From the NCBI GenBank assembly GCA_038496445.1, contig JALMLS010000507.1, positions 372,001 through 436,000 on the forward strand: DNA of 64,000 bases. Direction: 5' to 3'. The DNA is from Trichosphaerium sp. ATCC 40318. Lineage: Eukaryota > Protista > Tubulinea. Below, piece by piece: positions 1-14,963 of the stretch. How positions within the stretch are numbered: the stretch's first letter is position 1; the number at the start of each line of letters is the position of its first letter. The notes beneath the pieces were generated by a model. It was given only the letters and a program-made list of their open reading frames with translations, searched no databases and was not told where the DNA came from. Made by a program: the position numbers and the translations under genes.

Positions 1-379
1 CGAAGATTAAATAAAATCACGTTTCTCTAACCGGCATCGAGCGTCCACTCAGCGTTATTACTTTGTCAAAGTAAAAGCAGTTGATTTCGCCATTTTGAGG
101 TCTTTACACGTTCAGTTCCGCGAAGATACTTCAAGACAACGCAATATGAAGTTTTCATGACACTTTCTTTCTTTCTTGGTTTTGAAGACCGTATATGGGT
201 ACTAAATAAACGCTGTAACTACTCTCAACTCCAATACGCCCAGAGATGATGTTTATGTGGTGTTTACACAAATTCGCTGACAAAAAGTCGTTGACTTTCG
301 TACGCTCGGCAGGAACTCCACTCTACACATTAGTTCATTCGGAAAAAGGATCATCGAGCCAGTTCCTTGCTTTTGAAGC

Positions 380-3356
380 ATGCTTCAACGAATCCACTCG
401 CAAATACTCACTAATACCTTCTCGTTCATACTCGATGATGTGGCTGCGATATTTGAGGCTTTTGATAGTGATCAAAAATATCTTGGACAACAATGGTTTG
501 CTAATAGTTCCTACGCATTTTAACTTATATATACTAGCGTAACAGCTATTTTTGACAAATACGGCGTGAAAGGTGTATACAATTTGCTGAAAAATGCCGC
601 AGACCTTGTTGGTACATCTAGAACGCGCGTACGTACCCAGTACACATTTTTTTGTATTTTTTACACCTCTACAATTAAACGTTCTCATTATTGAGCTTTA
701 GGGCGTACCAGAAGCATGTAGAGTAATATTTACAAGGATAACAGAATTTCGTGGTACGTTAACGTCTTTTTTAATGAGTTTTTTTTTTCTGTCACTACAG
801 TGTCCACGTGGTCGATATACTTACGTTTATCAGATGAAGACGTAGTACCTATAGTAGAGAGACATGTGATGGAGTTAAAACAAGTTGTACACAAGGTACA
901 AGAGCCTCATCTGACGTTGATTTCAAGCGTTCTTTTTTTCAACTTGTTTTTTGTATTCATTGCTTGTTTTTAGAACCCTAAAGCATGTTCTATGCTGTGC
1001 AAGGATTTAAGGAAGCGGTTTGGTGGATATACAGGGTTATCAAGCTTGAACACTATGTACGGCAGGAGTGTTTAAAAACTCGTTAATTAACTATCCCTAC
1101 AATAGGTCTTCGTTGAAGCAATACTTCACAATGGGTGATATAGTTGGCAGGGGTACTTTTGGCGTAGTTTATAAAGGTACAATCGCTCATGACATTTGTT
1201 AATCTATTGGTTTTTTACAAACTTTATCTTACAAGGTTATAATACTGCTACTGGAGAGGTTGTTGCTATTAAGTGTATAACTTACTCTCAACAAGCTGTT
1301 CATGTTCAAGCCCAGATACTTAAAGAAATACATGTAATGAAAAAACTCATCCATACACACGTTGTAAGGTACTAGCTCTTTGACAAACAATGAAAAAAAA
1401 AAAGGATGCAAACTTTTTTGTTCCATATGTTGCTGAATGAAGATTTCGTCTCATTTCATGTATAGGTTATATGACCATATTATGGATGATAGAAATTTGT
1501 ATATTATAATGGAATACGCTGAATTGGTATGTAGTTTTTATGGCAACTTCGAAACAAAGAAAAAGACATCTCGATTTCTTTATTTGTGTGGCATTAACAG
1601 CAATCTTAAAAGGGGGATTTAGAAGATTATGTATTGTCCCAAGATAATACATTATCGCTTGACACCATAGTAATGCTCATGCGTGAACTCGTCATTGGCT
1701 TAAAATTTTTACGATCAAAACAAATAGTTCATCGGTTCGTTAAGCCATTTCTATTTTTACTCACTGAACCACCTTACAGGGATCTTAAACCTGCGAATAT
1801 TCTTGTTTTTAAAGAAGGTGAAAAGGTTATCCTCAAACTATGCGATTTCACAACAGCGAAAGAAATGGTTCAAGGTACTTATAACAAAACAATCAAATTT
1901 TTCTTTGCTTATTTTTTATCAAGGTGACATAACTAGTACTGTATGCGGAAGTCCGCTATACATGGCCCCTGAGGTATGTAAATGATATTTAGCAGGTATT
2001 TTGTATTAACATATATGTAGGTGCTTACAGGTGCGATGTACACTAACAAAGCCGATTTATGGTACAACTTTTGTCACGTTTCACTAAAGCTGACCCTTTT
2101 CAGGTCTGTTGGTGTAATTTTTTATCGATTGCTTTATGGGAAGGTACCCTTCACTGCCTTAAATGCATCACAACTTGGAAACAGCATCATGTGTACGACT
2201 GATGAACAAAATATTTAACAACAAAACTTCTCACATACTGTTTTCTTCTTTAGATAATAGATTAGAAATACCACAAGAGCCAAAGCTAGATAATGTAACA
2301 TTAAGCCTTTTGAAAGGTCTACTTCAAAGAGATCCAATACTAAGAGTTGGATGGTTAGTAATGAATAGAAGAACGGTAACGAGTTAACTCTGCAATAGGT
2401 CAGAATTTTTTTTACACGAGTTTTTCCGGCGCAGTGAAAAACCCGCCAAGAAGCCTTCAAATGATCGTGTTGCTTCGAAAGCTGCTATAGAGGCACTTGA
2501 AAAACAAGTTTCTATGTGGAAACAGCGTTACAATGATGAACTAAAGGTATCAAGGAAGCAATCTCTCATAATAAAGGTAGTTCAAAATTTTCTTTTCAAT
2601 TTTTTGTAGTGTTTTACTGACATTTATGCAGCATGCTAATGATAAAACTGACGCTCTGAATTTGCTAATAAAAAACCAACAAGAAGAAACAGACAAACTT
2701 AAACAAAAGATTCTTGATTATGAAGCCAAACAGCAACAAGACCAAAAAGAAAAAAAAAAGCAGGAAAACCAACCTGTTTTAGCTAATGCTTCTGACGAAC
2801 TTGAAACAAAACTTTTAATAGCAGAGGAGACAGAAGCTCAACTAAGAATAGTACGCCTAGTTTCTTAATTTGAAAAAACCAAACCCACGTGATATCTGTC
2901 CACAGCGCAACACACAAGACTCATAAAAAAAAATAGGAAATTATGGACTACGAAAAAAAAGTTAAACAACTTGAAGAGTCCCTCAAAGACCAGGATCAAA
3001 AAAAGCTTATTTCTCAGCAAGCAAGAGAAAGAGAGCATAATACACATATAACAGAGAATAACGAGTTAATGAATAGTACACTTGACTTGCTATCTGAATC
3101 ACAACTTAAGCTAGAACGTCTTGACAAAGAGAATAAAAGGCTGAACGAAGCCTTGAACATATCAAAAGATAAACTAAAAAGCTGCTTACAGCAAGTAGCA
3201 AGGCTTAAGCAAAAAATGAACCGTATGACTAAGCAACATACAGATGAGAGGAATAATTATTTAGAAACTATTGATCATTTAACAAAGGCTGTAGCTGATA
3301 CTGAAAACGAAAAAAAGACATTAGAGTGGATGTTGAAAAATCAAAACAAAAAATAA
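380..3356 (+). CDS. Ser/Thr protein kinase, ULK/ATG1-like catalytic domain, with N-terminal extension and C-terminal coiled coil; multi-exon, 5' end uncertain (may start upstream of 380)
   Basis: Spliced exons give GRGTFGVVYKG, VAIK, HRDLKPANIL, DFT (for DFG), CGSPLYMAPE, KADLWSVG and LLQRDP. The E/K/Q-rich coiled-coil tail ends at TAA 3356. Upstream exons from ATG 380 join in frame through GT-AG introns. Confidence 0.85.
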
Positions 3357-3553
3357 TGTACAAAAAAATAAAATTGATAAATCTCGATCAGAGTGTATGG
3401 CTGACAGTTTATGTAATGCTCAACTGGGAAGGTATTTAAATACTTTTTTAAGTTGAGGAGAGTATTAATGTATTAAATAACTGGTTATGATCAAAGCTGA
3501 TCTAAAGATAGGCCTACAAACAATATTGCCTTTACACTAATCGGTCAGTTTTT

Positions 3554-4293
3554 TCAGGATTCCCAATTGGGGTTCATCCAACCATCATTAACGCCTTCAC
3601 ATCTATGCACACTTTCTTTTTTTTCATAGATGTCTATATTCGAAACATATAAAGTATCCCTACCAAATTGAAGACAAGCATGCTTCAAGAAACCTAACCA
3701 AGATGGCCTAAACACAAAAAATTAGTGTTCCAAATTAAAAAAGTTTTGTTGTCATGACTGCCGAACAAACTTGTAACACACGTGCTCAAAATACCATTTT
3801 TAATAATAAAGTGAGAAGCAAAAACGTACTCAGGTGCTTCTTTTAATACTTCCTTGTCCTCTTTTACCATCTCAGACGCCTCATGTATTCTCTCAAACGC
3901 AGCTTTTTCATAAAAATCAAGTCTTGATAACCACACGTCAGGATATTTTAGAATGCAAAAAGCCACGTGATCTGGACAAAATCCACAAGCGTATATTTCA
4001 GTACCGCTAATAGCTGCCATTTGTTCTGTACTAAGTGGTGTTCCTTGCTCATAAAAATAGTCTTCACCAATTGACTGAAATATCACGTATTTTGAAAGTT
4101 TTGGACGCCAAATTCCTCGAAGAGAAACTAATATTTGGTTCCACTCTTTAGATGTCATTGTAGCCCTCAGTGCATCCTTAGCTGGTACATACTGGAATAT
4201 ATACTCTATTAGTTCATTTGGCAAGCGTTTAATGTTAAAAGACGCTAATTCACCATCTATCGCTTGCTGTTGTAGTACTTTAGTGGCACTCAT
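3554..4293 (-). CDS. F-box domain protein
   Basis: IKRLPNELIEYIFQYVPAKDALRATMTSKEWNQIL matches the F-box consensus. ATG at 4293; one intron, then an exon ending at TGA 3554. Confidence 0.7.
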
Positions 4294-4485
4294 GACAAAA
4301 AAAAAATTGTACAAACCTCCGTTGACTTTTTTTCCGCAAAATTTTGTACAGCCTAATAAAACACCACATTTCTGAATTGTAATGAAATCAACTTATGATA
4401 CCTCTAGCATTTGTAAAGTCAGAAAAACGTAGTGCATAGTGACATAAAACGTCTTCTGTAACTCGATGACCAGATTTTATTAAGT

Positions 4486-7400
4486 TTAGCTATAGGGATC
4501 ATCATCGTTTGTCAAGATAACATCTTTTTCCGTGTTCGTATTAAGTCTCTTTTTTACCTGAAGTGGTGATGGTCCAATAAAGCTTAATACAACAGGAAGA
4601 AGTACAAAACCAGTTAAAAGAGAAAGAAGACAAATAGATATCAACATGTTAAAGTAAATCTTAAAAGCAGGTGCAGATCCAAAATTTAGCATAACAATAC
4701 CCAGAAACGTTGAGAATGCACCACTCAACACAGACGTCCCCATTGATGTTAGAGTAGCCCTAACTCTCTCAATGCGTGTTCCTCGATGTTTCATAAAGGC
4801 ATGTCCGATATGAGCATTGTAGTCAACAGCAAGACCTAGGCAGTACTTTAGGCAAAAAAAAAACCAGGATGTATTTTGTAGGTATATGAGAAAGCTAAAA
4901 TACAAGCTTGAAACCTATATTATCTTGGTACAAGCCAATCATCAATAGATTAAAAGCGTAGTTCAGCGAAACTATACATGGACTTACCAATTGATAAGAT
5001 TAGACTCGCTATAGATAATACGTTGATTTCTATATTCCCTATTGTCATAACAGCTACTAACAGTGTGTCTACTATAGCAATACAACACATTATATAGAAT
5101 GCAATCAAAGGGTGAGGCATAAATATTAATGCAACAACAAATACAGCTCCTAAATTACAATGACCACAAGTTTGATGGTTTGTCGTACCTCCTGCAAACA
5201 GCATGTTTTTAACAGCCTCTGGAAGCATGATTTGTATACGCTCTAGAACACGGTACCACCTTCAGCAAAGTCAAAACACAATAAGCATAAACGAGCATCG
5301 ATTTTTAAGATTTTTCTGTGGCAAAAAAAGAAAAGAAACGGATTTGATTAAGGACGCCCAGAAAAAAAAAACCAAAGTAGTATACTTAATTGTACCAACT
5401 GTATGGGTAAGAAGGTATACTGGAGTATTTATCGCTAATAGCACGAAGTTCTTCCTTTTGCAAAGTGTTAACAAGTTGGCTAACAACAGAACGTCATTAA
5501 GAAGGATACCATGTTACGGATCTTTTCGTTTGATGGTATAATACCAATGTTCCAAAAGAGCGCTTTTGATGCTATAATAGTTCTGTTATCAGCCGAAAAA
5601 GCAACATCCCTATAAATTACATTAAAGCGGGAGTTGTGATCATTGAAGTGATAAGAACTTTGTTCTATTATACCTTCTGTAGTGTTCATGTTCTGGCGTT
5701 TGTAAAAACATATTTATATAAGCAGGAGTACCAATATCTGGTATTGTAGTATTGGGATACGTTTCATTATACCTACTTCAGAATTAGCACGTGATAATCA
5801 AAGTATCTCACCATTTTTGAAAATCAACCCACCAAAACTGCACATTCGGATCTAAACTATCAGTCAGTTTCTTACCCATGTTTTATAAAAATGACCGAGT
5901 ATTGACTTGAAAGCTGAGCTTATTATCTTACCTATCCATCCAGAATCTAAAACATCCTGTGTGACATTACTCATGAGTTGTATATTTTGGTTAGTATAAG
6001 AGAAATCTCTAAAAATCCAATCTACAGTGAATCCCATGCTATCAAAGTACTTTTCAACATCATAAAAGTCTTGTAAATAAGATCCAGACGGTACTAAATC
6101 CTCAAAAACAATACCATCCTTAACATTAGTAGCACCCCAAGCAGCAACGCCAATAAATGCAATAAAGAAAATAATCTAAGAAATAACTCAGAATAAATTA
6201 AGAATGAAGAATTCTAGCGTACAACACATATTCTCGTTACTGTATGGAGTATGAAAGGTGAGTATACATGGTAGAGAATCCATCTAACGATTCCACCACG
6301 CTTTAATGCATCAGCAAACTTTGCTGAGGCAACAATTTTTATATCTTCGTTTAAGTCGTATGTCAACTTATCAGCGAGTGGTTTACCATCATCAACAAGA
6401 AGATCACGTTCACTTGGTATATTTTCTATCCTATAAGCTGTCTTTGCTCTGATACATGGAACACAATCAACACGACGACCCTGAAGACAAAAAAACGTAA
6501 ACTTCAATGTCTTTTGGATAATCATTGAACGCGTACTCTTTCACGTCTAGAGTTGAGCACCATGCATGCTGTAAACCATATAACTTGATATACGTAATCT
6601 AGGAATACGCATACACCACAATAGAAGCAGAAATAACGAATACTTGCTATACTACTAAGACAACCAAAGAAAAAAGCTACAATGTCTGTCATCGATGTTA
6701 CAGTTATTGTACTTCCTGCCATGGCCAATGCAATACCTACTCTCTCATCAGGAGGTAGATTTGGTGATGTAGCTTCATATGAATTTACAATAATAAACAT
6801 ATCATCAACACCAACACCAAGAATAATAAACGGAATGACTTGAGCTACCTAATACAAACAAGTAAATCAAGTAGAATTTCTCGTCTTTTTTTGGCCTCCA
6901 CTCAACACGTACAACTGTGAACTTTATACCTATCATACAACAAAATCCATAAGAGAATATAATTGATAGAAGAATACCGAACATGCCACTCAGGGCGAGC
7001 AATACCTAGGTCATGTTATAACGTCTTTTTTACCTATTAACAACGAACATACCTTTGATTGTACTAAATCTCGTTCACCTAGAGCCAAAACAACGTATCC
7101 AACGACAAGTACATATGCAACAGCTATAGGTATTAAATCTTTTCCAATAGAAGTATTAACTTCATCTGATAATGAATCCTAAAACAGTTGATTAAATAAC
7201 GATAACTGACAAAGTGCAACTGACGTACCTTAACGAATGGAAACGAGTCAGTGAAATTCCGTTCTTGTAGTGCCACAGATACAAAGTCTCTCTCCCAGTC
7301 TTTTAATGTTCGAATAGGCTTTGGCCAGGTTGGTGGTAGTAAAGGGAAAGTACCGGTAGGTTCGTCAAAGTCCTCCAAATACCAGAACAACTGAATTGCT

Positions 7401-8312
7401 TTCGCTGAAATAATATGACTTGAGTTTCGTACAATACCACCCATCACATTATCCTGGAATATTTTTGCACCGTAAGCATTCTGAGCATCTGGATTTGATA
7501 CAATAGGGAGAATATCTTCATCTGTATTTACTACTTGCTTGAAATACGTGTAATTAAATCCAAAATAATCCAAGAACCCATCATACAAGCCTACCAGTTT
7601 CAGTTTACTCACGTGTAGTTACACGTGATAAATTGTTTAACGAAATTTCTTATACAGTAACTGTATTCGTACATGGTCCTCCAGGAAATCTCTTGGCGCA
7701 TAGATGATCCAACCCAACATCTCCAACAGTTCCGTTATCGAAGGTAGCTTCAACTCTAATATTCAATACTTGAAAATAAACCTGAAACAACTCTTCAATG
7801 CCTTGTCTATCAAAGGTAAGCAGTTATGTAAAAAGGTGTAAACCGATAAGAAGATTCTTAATTACCGTGTCAGAATATTCCCATGTGCACCAATCCCGCC
7901 TTTTGTTGTTGTGATGATCCTATTTTGACGAGGAGGTATGCCGAAAGAATTCTTTATAAACTTCTCTTCCTCGGTACCTCTTGTTCCTGTAGGTACCTAC
8001 ATAGTATGTTCATGAGTAAAAGAAAAGTGTGGTAACGTAAACGTGACATAAAGACGCAAACTTTCGTCAACAACACAAAGAAGGTTTTAATGTCTTTTTC
8101 AAGTTTCCAACGCGTCGGCGTACCCAGTCTTGGTATTCATCGTCTGGTTGAATACGCATTAACCCAATACCAGCTCCAAGAGCTAAAATGATGCCCACTG
8201 TGATGATAGTAACAGGGAAACGTGATATTACGTTTTTACCCAAGAAGTAGAACAACATACGAAGATATTTATCCACGTGATAGTTGAAGTACAATAACTC
8301 TCGCCACTTCAT
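4486..8312 (-). CDS. Patched-family / NPC1-like sterol-sensing-domain membrane protein (RND superfamily), multi-exon
   Basis: SSD motif ILGVGVDDMFII, AGSTITVTSMTD, second-repeat GLAVDYNAHI, and SVLSGAFSTFLG...FVLLPVVLSFIGP; many TM segments. Confidence 0.85.
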
Positions 8313-9017
8313 GTTGATATGAGGTTAAAGGGCTTTTATTTACCCGAAGTTGTGCTGACAGTTATCAAAAAGTGATCTTAGATATTGATATAAGTCAGCG
8401 GAAGTTTACTTTCTCCGGATCCATGTTTACAAGATTCACATATCATATTTCTTTGGTAAAAAGGTACAGAGTTTGTTGTATACAAGGTGCCAAATAATCA
8501 AGGCTACAAGCACTTTATTCTAGCCAGCTTAATACTTACAACTTGTCCCTTAAAAAATAAGTTGTCTACTTTCAAACACTATTGATGTTCTCCATTTTGT
8601 TTATCATCAACTGCCAGATACTGTACCTGACGTTGGTTGGTCTCATCCTTTACTCAATCCATGGGCAAAAAAGTCTCAGTTTTTTGTTTGTTGAATAGAG
8701 TTACCCAAGTAGCAACTTATTCATTACCAACTTTCCCACATTTAAACTACACCACCTACTCTACATATTTTTTGTGCAAGCAACCCATGTAACTTGCATG
8801 CACTGTACAAAAGGTTCAAGAAGCAAAAATTCAAAATCATAACTACTTAGGGAGTATATGATAACCGAGTTAATTTACAAGCTGTACCTAGCCAACACAA
8901 TTCGGTTTCCGAAAGACATGAAAATTCTTATTGACTGTACACTTTCAGTGAAATTTTTTCAGGACGAAAAAGTGCGGTAAACTGTGTTACACTATTGCAA
9001 ATACAACACAAATTACC

Positions 9018-9973
9018 ATGGCGCAGGCTCTGCAAGCTATATATTCATTTATCTTTGGTGGCAATGGACTTCCAGGCTTCGAAGTCCCAAATTTCGTAAT
9101 TAAATGCATTGTAACCCAACTAAACAAAGAAAAGTGCCTACAAACCTTATTACAACTTCGTAAAGCGTCTAAAACCCTTGCAGCCATGGTTGACGGTACT
9201 ACAACTGACTAAATATAGACTAACTCCTCATACTAATGCTATGGCGTAGAAACCGTCAGTATACCGTCATCAGATGCTTTCACCACTTGGCGAACAGCTT
9301 TGACGGAAAACTCTTCCAAATGGCAGCGATATGCTCAAAAAGAACAGTGTGATGAGTGGGACCATGATGGGATTGAAGTTTGGGATCATAAAGTTGGCAC
9401 GGAGGCTGTTACTATGCTGTTAAGTACAACTTATGAACATGGATGTACGAAAAAAAAAGCACATGAAATTAGTTCTTTGTGAGTCGTTGACGCTTTATTA
9501 GCACTGACACTGTCAGTATTCCAACAACCACAAAATAGCAGTAATGGAACAGACGAGATTTATAAGTTTATTCGAGAGTATCACGTGCCGTGTTTTGGAA
9601 AAAGACTAACATCACAAAATTACATTGATACTATGACTTATAACTTGGGATGGGGTACACTATAATGTTTTGTTGTACTACAAGAAGTCAATAACAGTTG
9701 CATAGACGCTAAAGCTCATCATAAGAGTCAGATTAAAACACTAGTTAAGAAGTCTTTAGAGGAACTAGACGAATTTTATGGTGGGTACATCGTGTACTAA
9801 ATGCACTTATTGACACGTGTTCAGGTATTGAGAATATCTTTATTGTACCAGCAGGCTTTCCATTCATCCCTCGGGAGTGGTTTAATAAGTACGAGTATGA
9901 TGTAGGAAGCCAATTCATTGTATTGAAGGGAAAAGGGTTGCTAGTAATTGTATTGCATGGCTACACGGATTAA
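9018..9973 (+). CDS. Hypothetical protein with weak N-terminal F-box-like helical motif, multi-exon
   Basis: Exons are separated by canonical introns. VPNFVIKCIVTQL...LLQLRKASKTL resembles a degenerate F-box. The frame ends LHGYTD* at 9973, followed by AATAAA. Confidence 0.5.
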
Positions 9974-10350
9974 TCAATAAATAGTAAAGTGACTTGCAGG
10001 AGTGTTACAGTTGAGATACTCTCATAGATACTTTGACTTGTGCTTGATGAGAATTACAACAAATACAAAGGATGGGTACGAAAGATCAGGTGTTCAATTG
10101 TTCGAATAAATTCGGTGCTATTTTCATGAAGATGGCTTGCCAAGTTTAGTGCAAGACAAACTTTTACCAAAAAAAACACACTTTCCGCTAGTAAAGAAGA
10201 ATTGACATGGAGTGAAATGAAGGGTGGTGTTCAAAAAAACAGTTTACAACTTGGTGTGTGATTATGCTGTGGCCTTGGTAACGCACCCAATACATCCTCA
10301 AATGCCAAGAAACTAGCACATTCGGTTTTAGGCAAAGCGGAGACGTGTAA

Positions 10351-12975
10351 GTGTATGAGTTGTCCATTAGAATATCATGTAATTTACAAAAAAAAACCGT
10401 TAAGACGAAGGTCAACAACTTTAGTTTCTGGGTTTTTTTTTTCAACGTATTTCGGATTGCGCACCTAAACCGATGCGCATTTTACTCTCGTTGTGTTTTA
10501 CGGCATTGATATGTACCATTAGCGCGGCTCCACCTAACATTGTTTTCATGTACGTATAATACAAAATGACACGTGATATGAACTTACTTAGTTAATTTGA
10601 TAGGCTCACTGATGATTTGGGATTTAACGCTCCAGGGTACGTTTACATTTACGCTTTTCGTAATCAGAAAAGTAAAACTATTACAGATATCGAAATCCAG
10701 ACTTGATAACACCAACTCTCGACAGCTTGGCAGCAGATGGTACGTTTCACATGTGACTTGGGTAAAAAAAGAATTGTACTTCTTGAAAGTAGCTACACTT
10801 CGTCATCGCATGGATATCATTTGACGTCTGCCAGGTCTTAAACTTGATTTTCATTACACGTACAAGTATTGCGCACCAACACGTGGATCGTTCTTGACAG
10901 GAAGGCTTCCTTATCATCTTTCTGCAACACGCACAAATTTGATACCTTGGGATTTACCTGACGGTACGAACAAAACTAAAAATGCTTGTTTTTAATCCTC
11001 TAGGAATCGACTTGTCATACACGATGTTACCTAAGAAGCTTAAAAAAGCTGGTTACACGTCTCATCATATTGGAAAATGGCATCAAGTATGTAATCGTCG
11101 GTGGTTATTGTTTTGATAACAGTTTTTTGTATAGGGCTTTTACACTGTAGATTATACTCCAATGGGAAGAGGGTTTGACAGTACATTTGGATTTTTAGAG
11201 GGAGGTGAAGATCACTTCACTCAGGTATGCGTACACGATAGCAAGTACAAGGCAGAGTAAAATTTGATTGTTTTTTAAGGAAACATTCAGAGCGGATGGA
11301 TTATGCCAAGCTCTTGATCTATGGGAAAACAATGCTCCTGCTTATGGTAAGAATGGTACCTACAATGGATACGCTTTTACGAAGGTACACCAAGGATTAT
11401 TGACAAGATGTTTCTTACGTACTGTCCAGCACGCAGTGGATTTGATTAAAAATCATGATAAAAATTCAGGTCCTATGTTTTTGTACTTTGCGTTGCACAA
11501 TACGCATGGTCCTGTAGAGGTATGTATTCAACCTTATTCATTAAAAGGTCATTAACTAGTTTTTGAAGGCACCAGAGCGATTTACGAATATGTATCATTT
11601 TGACCAAAAGTTGAGGAATGTGTTTAACGGAATGATTTCTGTTGTTGATGAATCAGCAAAGAATGTTACACAAGTTCGTTTGGTTTTGTTTTGTGGAAAT
11701 GCTTTGTTGTTGTTACATTGGTTAGGCCTTGAAAGAAAGTGGTATGTGGGAAAATACATTGTTCATTTGGACAACAGACAATGGAACACCTGTTCAAGTC
11801 GCTGGATCTAACAAACCATTGAGAGGTAAGCGAAAATGTGCAAATAGAATGCTAATTGTTTCGCAGGCTCAAAAGGAACGAACTTTGAAGGTCAGTTTAT
11901 TCTTCCCTATTATCTTATCTTTTTTCTTTACAAATGCCATAGGTGGTACTCGTGTTCCTGGATTCGTTAACGGAGGTATTTTACCGGCAAAGATGCGTGC
12001 CAAACATGTTAACGGTAAGCGATTCCATGGGTTTTTTGTACTCAAACTAGTTGTACTACCAAGTTTCATGAACAAGTCCCATTGACACGCCTTGTAATTT
12101 TAATTTTTAGGCACAATACATATTGCTGACTGGTATGCTACTTTTTGTGAGTTAGCAGGTATCGATCCTGCAGATCCAGGTAAGATTGAAATAGAACAAA
12201 TGGCAACCTGTAAGCTTAAAAATATTTAGGTACACCTACACCTGTTGAGAGTTTAAGTATGTGGAAATACCTGAGGTACTTGAGACACCTACAAAGTTTT
12301 TGGTTTAATCATTTTCTTCTCAGCGGACAATCAGATGAGTCACCTCGAAAGAAATTTGTTTACGACCATCGCATGTTTACCTCACCATACACTGGTACTA
12401 ATAGTACTTGTTTTATGGAAACCCAACTTAAATACAATCCTAGGAGCTATCAGGGGTGGTGACTACAAGCTTATTGTAGGTCCAGAGGTAGCTGCTTCAT
12501 GGTACGTTGACTTATAACAATGCTCAAGGTTAATTTGTATTTTGTCCTTTTCTTCTTGTTTGTAGGTTTTCTTTTAACATGGTTTGCTATTGTAATAGGT
12601 TTGGTCAATTCTCTCCGAACACTACATACAATAAAGATATGTACAAAGTGACTGCATGCTCTGTTGATAAGCCTTGCTTATTCAATATTGCAAATGATCC
12701 AACTGAACACTTTGATCTTGCAGAACAAATGCCTGAAAAAGTATCTGAGATGATGAAAGAATTCAAAGCTCTTGAAAAAGAATATCACCCACCTAAATCG
12801 TACGTTTTAACAAACACGTGACTTTGTATTTGTTGAGTTCTTATTTTTTTCTAAACAGGAATCCACCACGTGACACGAAAGGATATTGTGGTGCTGTTTC
12901 AGAATACCATGATTTTGTACATCCATGGCAGAAAGGGAAGCAAACATAGGTATTAACGATTTAGTACCAAGAATA
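10351..12975 (+). repeat. Arm 1 of a ~2.6 kb inverted segmental duplication (partner 30395-33010)
   Basis: Exons, introns and both flanks match the reverse complement of 30395-33010 (e.g. GTGTATG.GTTGTCCATTA upstream, GGTATTAACGA.TTAGTACCAAGA downstream). Confidence 0.9.
10473..12949 (+). CDS. Secreted arylsulfatase (formylglycine-dependent S1 family, ARSB-like), copy 1
   Basis: Signal peptide MRILLSLCFTALICTISA, PNIVFMLTDDLG, FGly motif CAPTRGSFLTGR, GKWH, TTDNG, NKPLRGSKGTNFEGG, LFNIANDPTE; stop TAG 12947-12949. Confidence 0.92.
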
Positions 12976-13101
12976 AAATGTTATTCACAATCAATAACTT
13001 TGTTAAGTTTAACATTTCCGTAAAAATCCGCTCGTAACGTGCATGAATTTTGTTAAGTATGAAAGTTATAACTTTGCCCAAGCGTTGGCTCAGCCATTGG
13101 C

Positions 13102-14963
13102 TTACTTTAGACCTTTGGCTTTGACATGTACTGACGGACGTATCTCTCGGAGTTTTTCGACGGCCTACCACAGTCTTTAGTGTCGTTGTTTATGTGTAAT
13201 CCTACCTTTTGTGTAATACCAATGCACCTTGACAGATTTACTGTTTTTAACATGGGCACGTTGCGTTGTAGTTCCAAGGGAATTAAATCTGTAATACTTG
13301 GAATGTTTGATAAATTTAACGACCAAATTTCAGTACAGGTAATTAGTATCTAGACAAACAGTTAATTAGTTAATGATAGCATAATGTTATACCTCGACAA
13401 TATCCATGTCGTTGCAAAATGTGGATGAGAGTTCCAAGTCTCGCAATGTCTTACATTTTGATAAGTGTTTAATGCCGTTAGCTATACCAAAACAGTCAGC
13501 AAGCTTTACTCATAAGTTGGTAAGTACATGTTAGTCCTTGGCATCCATTTAAAGCTAATCTTCTTATCTTAGTACAATGGTTTGAAACCTCCTTTGATCA
13601 ATGTTTAGAATAGTTTGCTTCTACTGTGGCGTACTATTAAGAAGTCATCTCGAAGGAGGTTACAGAAGTTGACATTTAACACTACCAAGTTATGTCCAAT
13701 TGATGATATTACAGGATTAAAGAATTCAGAACGTATGTGACCACCTACCTTAAAATGTCAAGGTTTTGATTTTTTCGCTCAACAAAAAACACGTGCTTGT
13801 AGAAAAGTCCAAGATAGAAAGATTCGTGAGTGACTTCGCCATTAAGGAAAACAGTTCTGCTTGTTGCATTGTGTAGAATGATATGTCCAGAGTTTGCAAT
13901 GCTGTAAAGATGTAAGAACACTTCGAGACACTATTACATACCAGTACACTTAGAGAAAAGAAGTTCCAGGAGTGAACCTAAAGGTATGAGAAAAGAGGTG
14001 TTTGCGGGTTGTTTACTGTGCACAAGGTGATAACTTGTCAAGAACTTTTCAAGCATCGGCCTAAACACTTCTTAGCTATGTCTAGTTGAGGATGTGTACC
14101 CTCTTGACTTTAACAAGTACTGAATTGACTTCCAAAGTGCAGGACACTGTATTCCACGAATATCAATACATGTCAACTTTGTGCAACCTTTTGTGATAGC
14201 AGTAACTGCCTACAAACATCTGAGTACTGAAAAATATATCAAATTGTTCTTATAACCTTGGAATCCATTTTCTTACAGCCGTTTACATTTATCTCTATTA
14301 GTGATAGACAATGTTTAGATATTGATACAGCAGATACATTAGTAAGTAATACACAGCCATATAAATTCAACGTTTGAATGTTTGGTGATGCTGTGACAAG
14401 CGAAACAATGCCAGCATCTGAAACTTCCCTAAAATCTTTGTTTGTGACTCGAACACTTTTCAGAGTTAACGTACTTGCAACGATACAAGTTTACGTTCTT
14501 CAAATACTGTCCTTGTATAGAACCCAAGCTCAATAAATCTTCATCAAGTGGGTTACATGCAGTTAACTTAATCTAAACAGGACCGTGAGTGTTGTGTTCT
14601 TTGTTGTGTCTACATTTTCTGTGAAAGTGTGCACGTACGTTTGTCAGTTTGTTGAACCTTTTGAGAATTTGTTCAAGGCTGCCACGTGTCATCTGTTGAA
14701 GTTATGTTAAAATATAAGGTTTATAGGCTTTCAGTATCATCGAAACATGCTGTTGGTACCTTGTGGCGGTGAGGAAATAGGTCAAGTACTTGAACTTGCT
14801 TGTGGTACGCATATACGCCTCTTTTCCATGCTCTGGACGTACTAGCGCTTGCGCCAAGTGCGAAATTATTGAGGTAAGCAAATATCTCGTTAAATACGTC
14901 CTGCGGTATCTAAACTAATTATTCGTGGTGTATTATTGCGTGTAATCTAACCTGACGTGACAT
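13102..14963 (-). CDS. F-box/LRR-repeat protein (FBXL-like), multi-exon
   Basis: IPQDVFNEIFAYL (F-box) followed by cysteine-containing LRRs (IQTLNLYGCVLLT, LKTVNLSRCIGIT); ends AKGLK* at 13102. Confidence 0.8.

Noticed and set aside
8420-8830. Possible small spliced gene between the Patched-like gene and 9018
   Set aside because: Splice-like signals are present, but I could not assemble a convincing frame or recognise a product.
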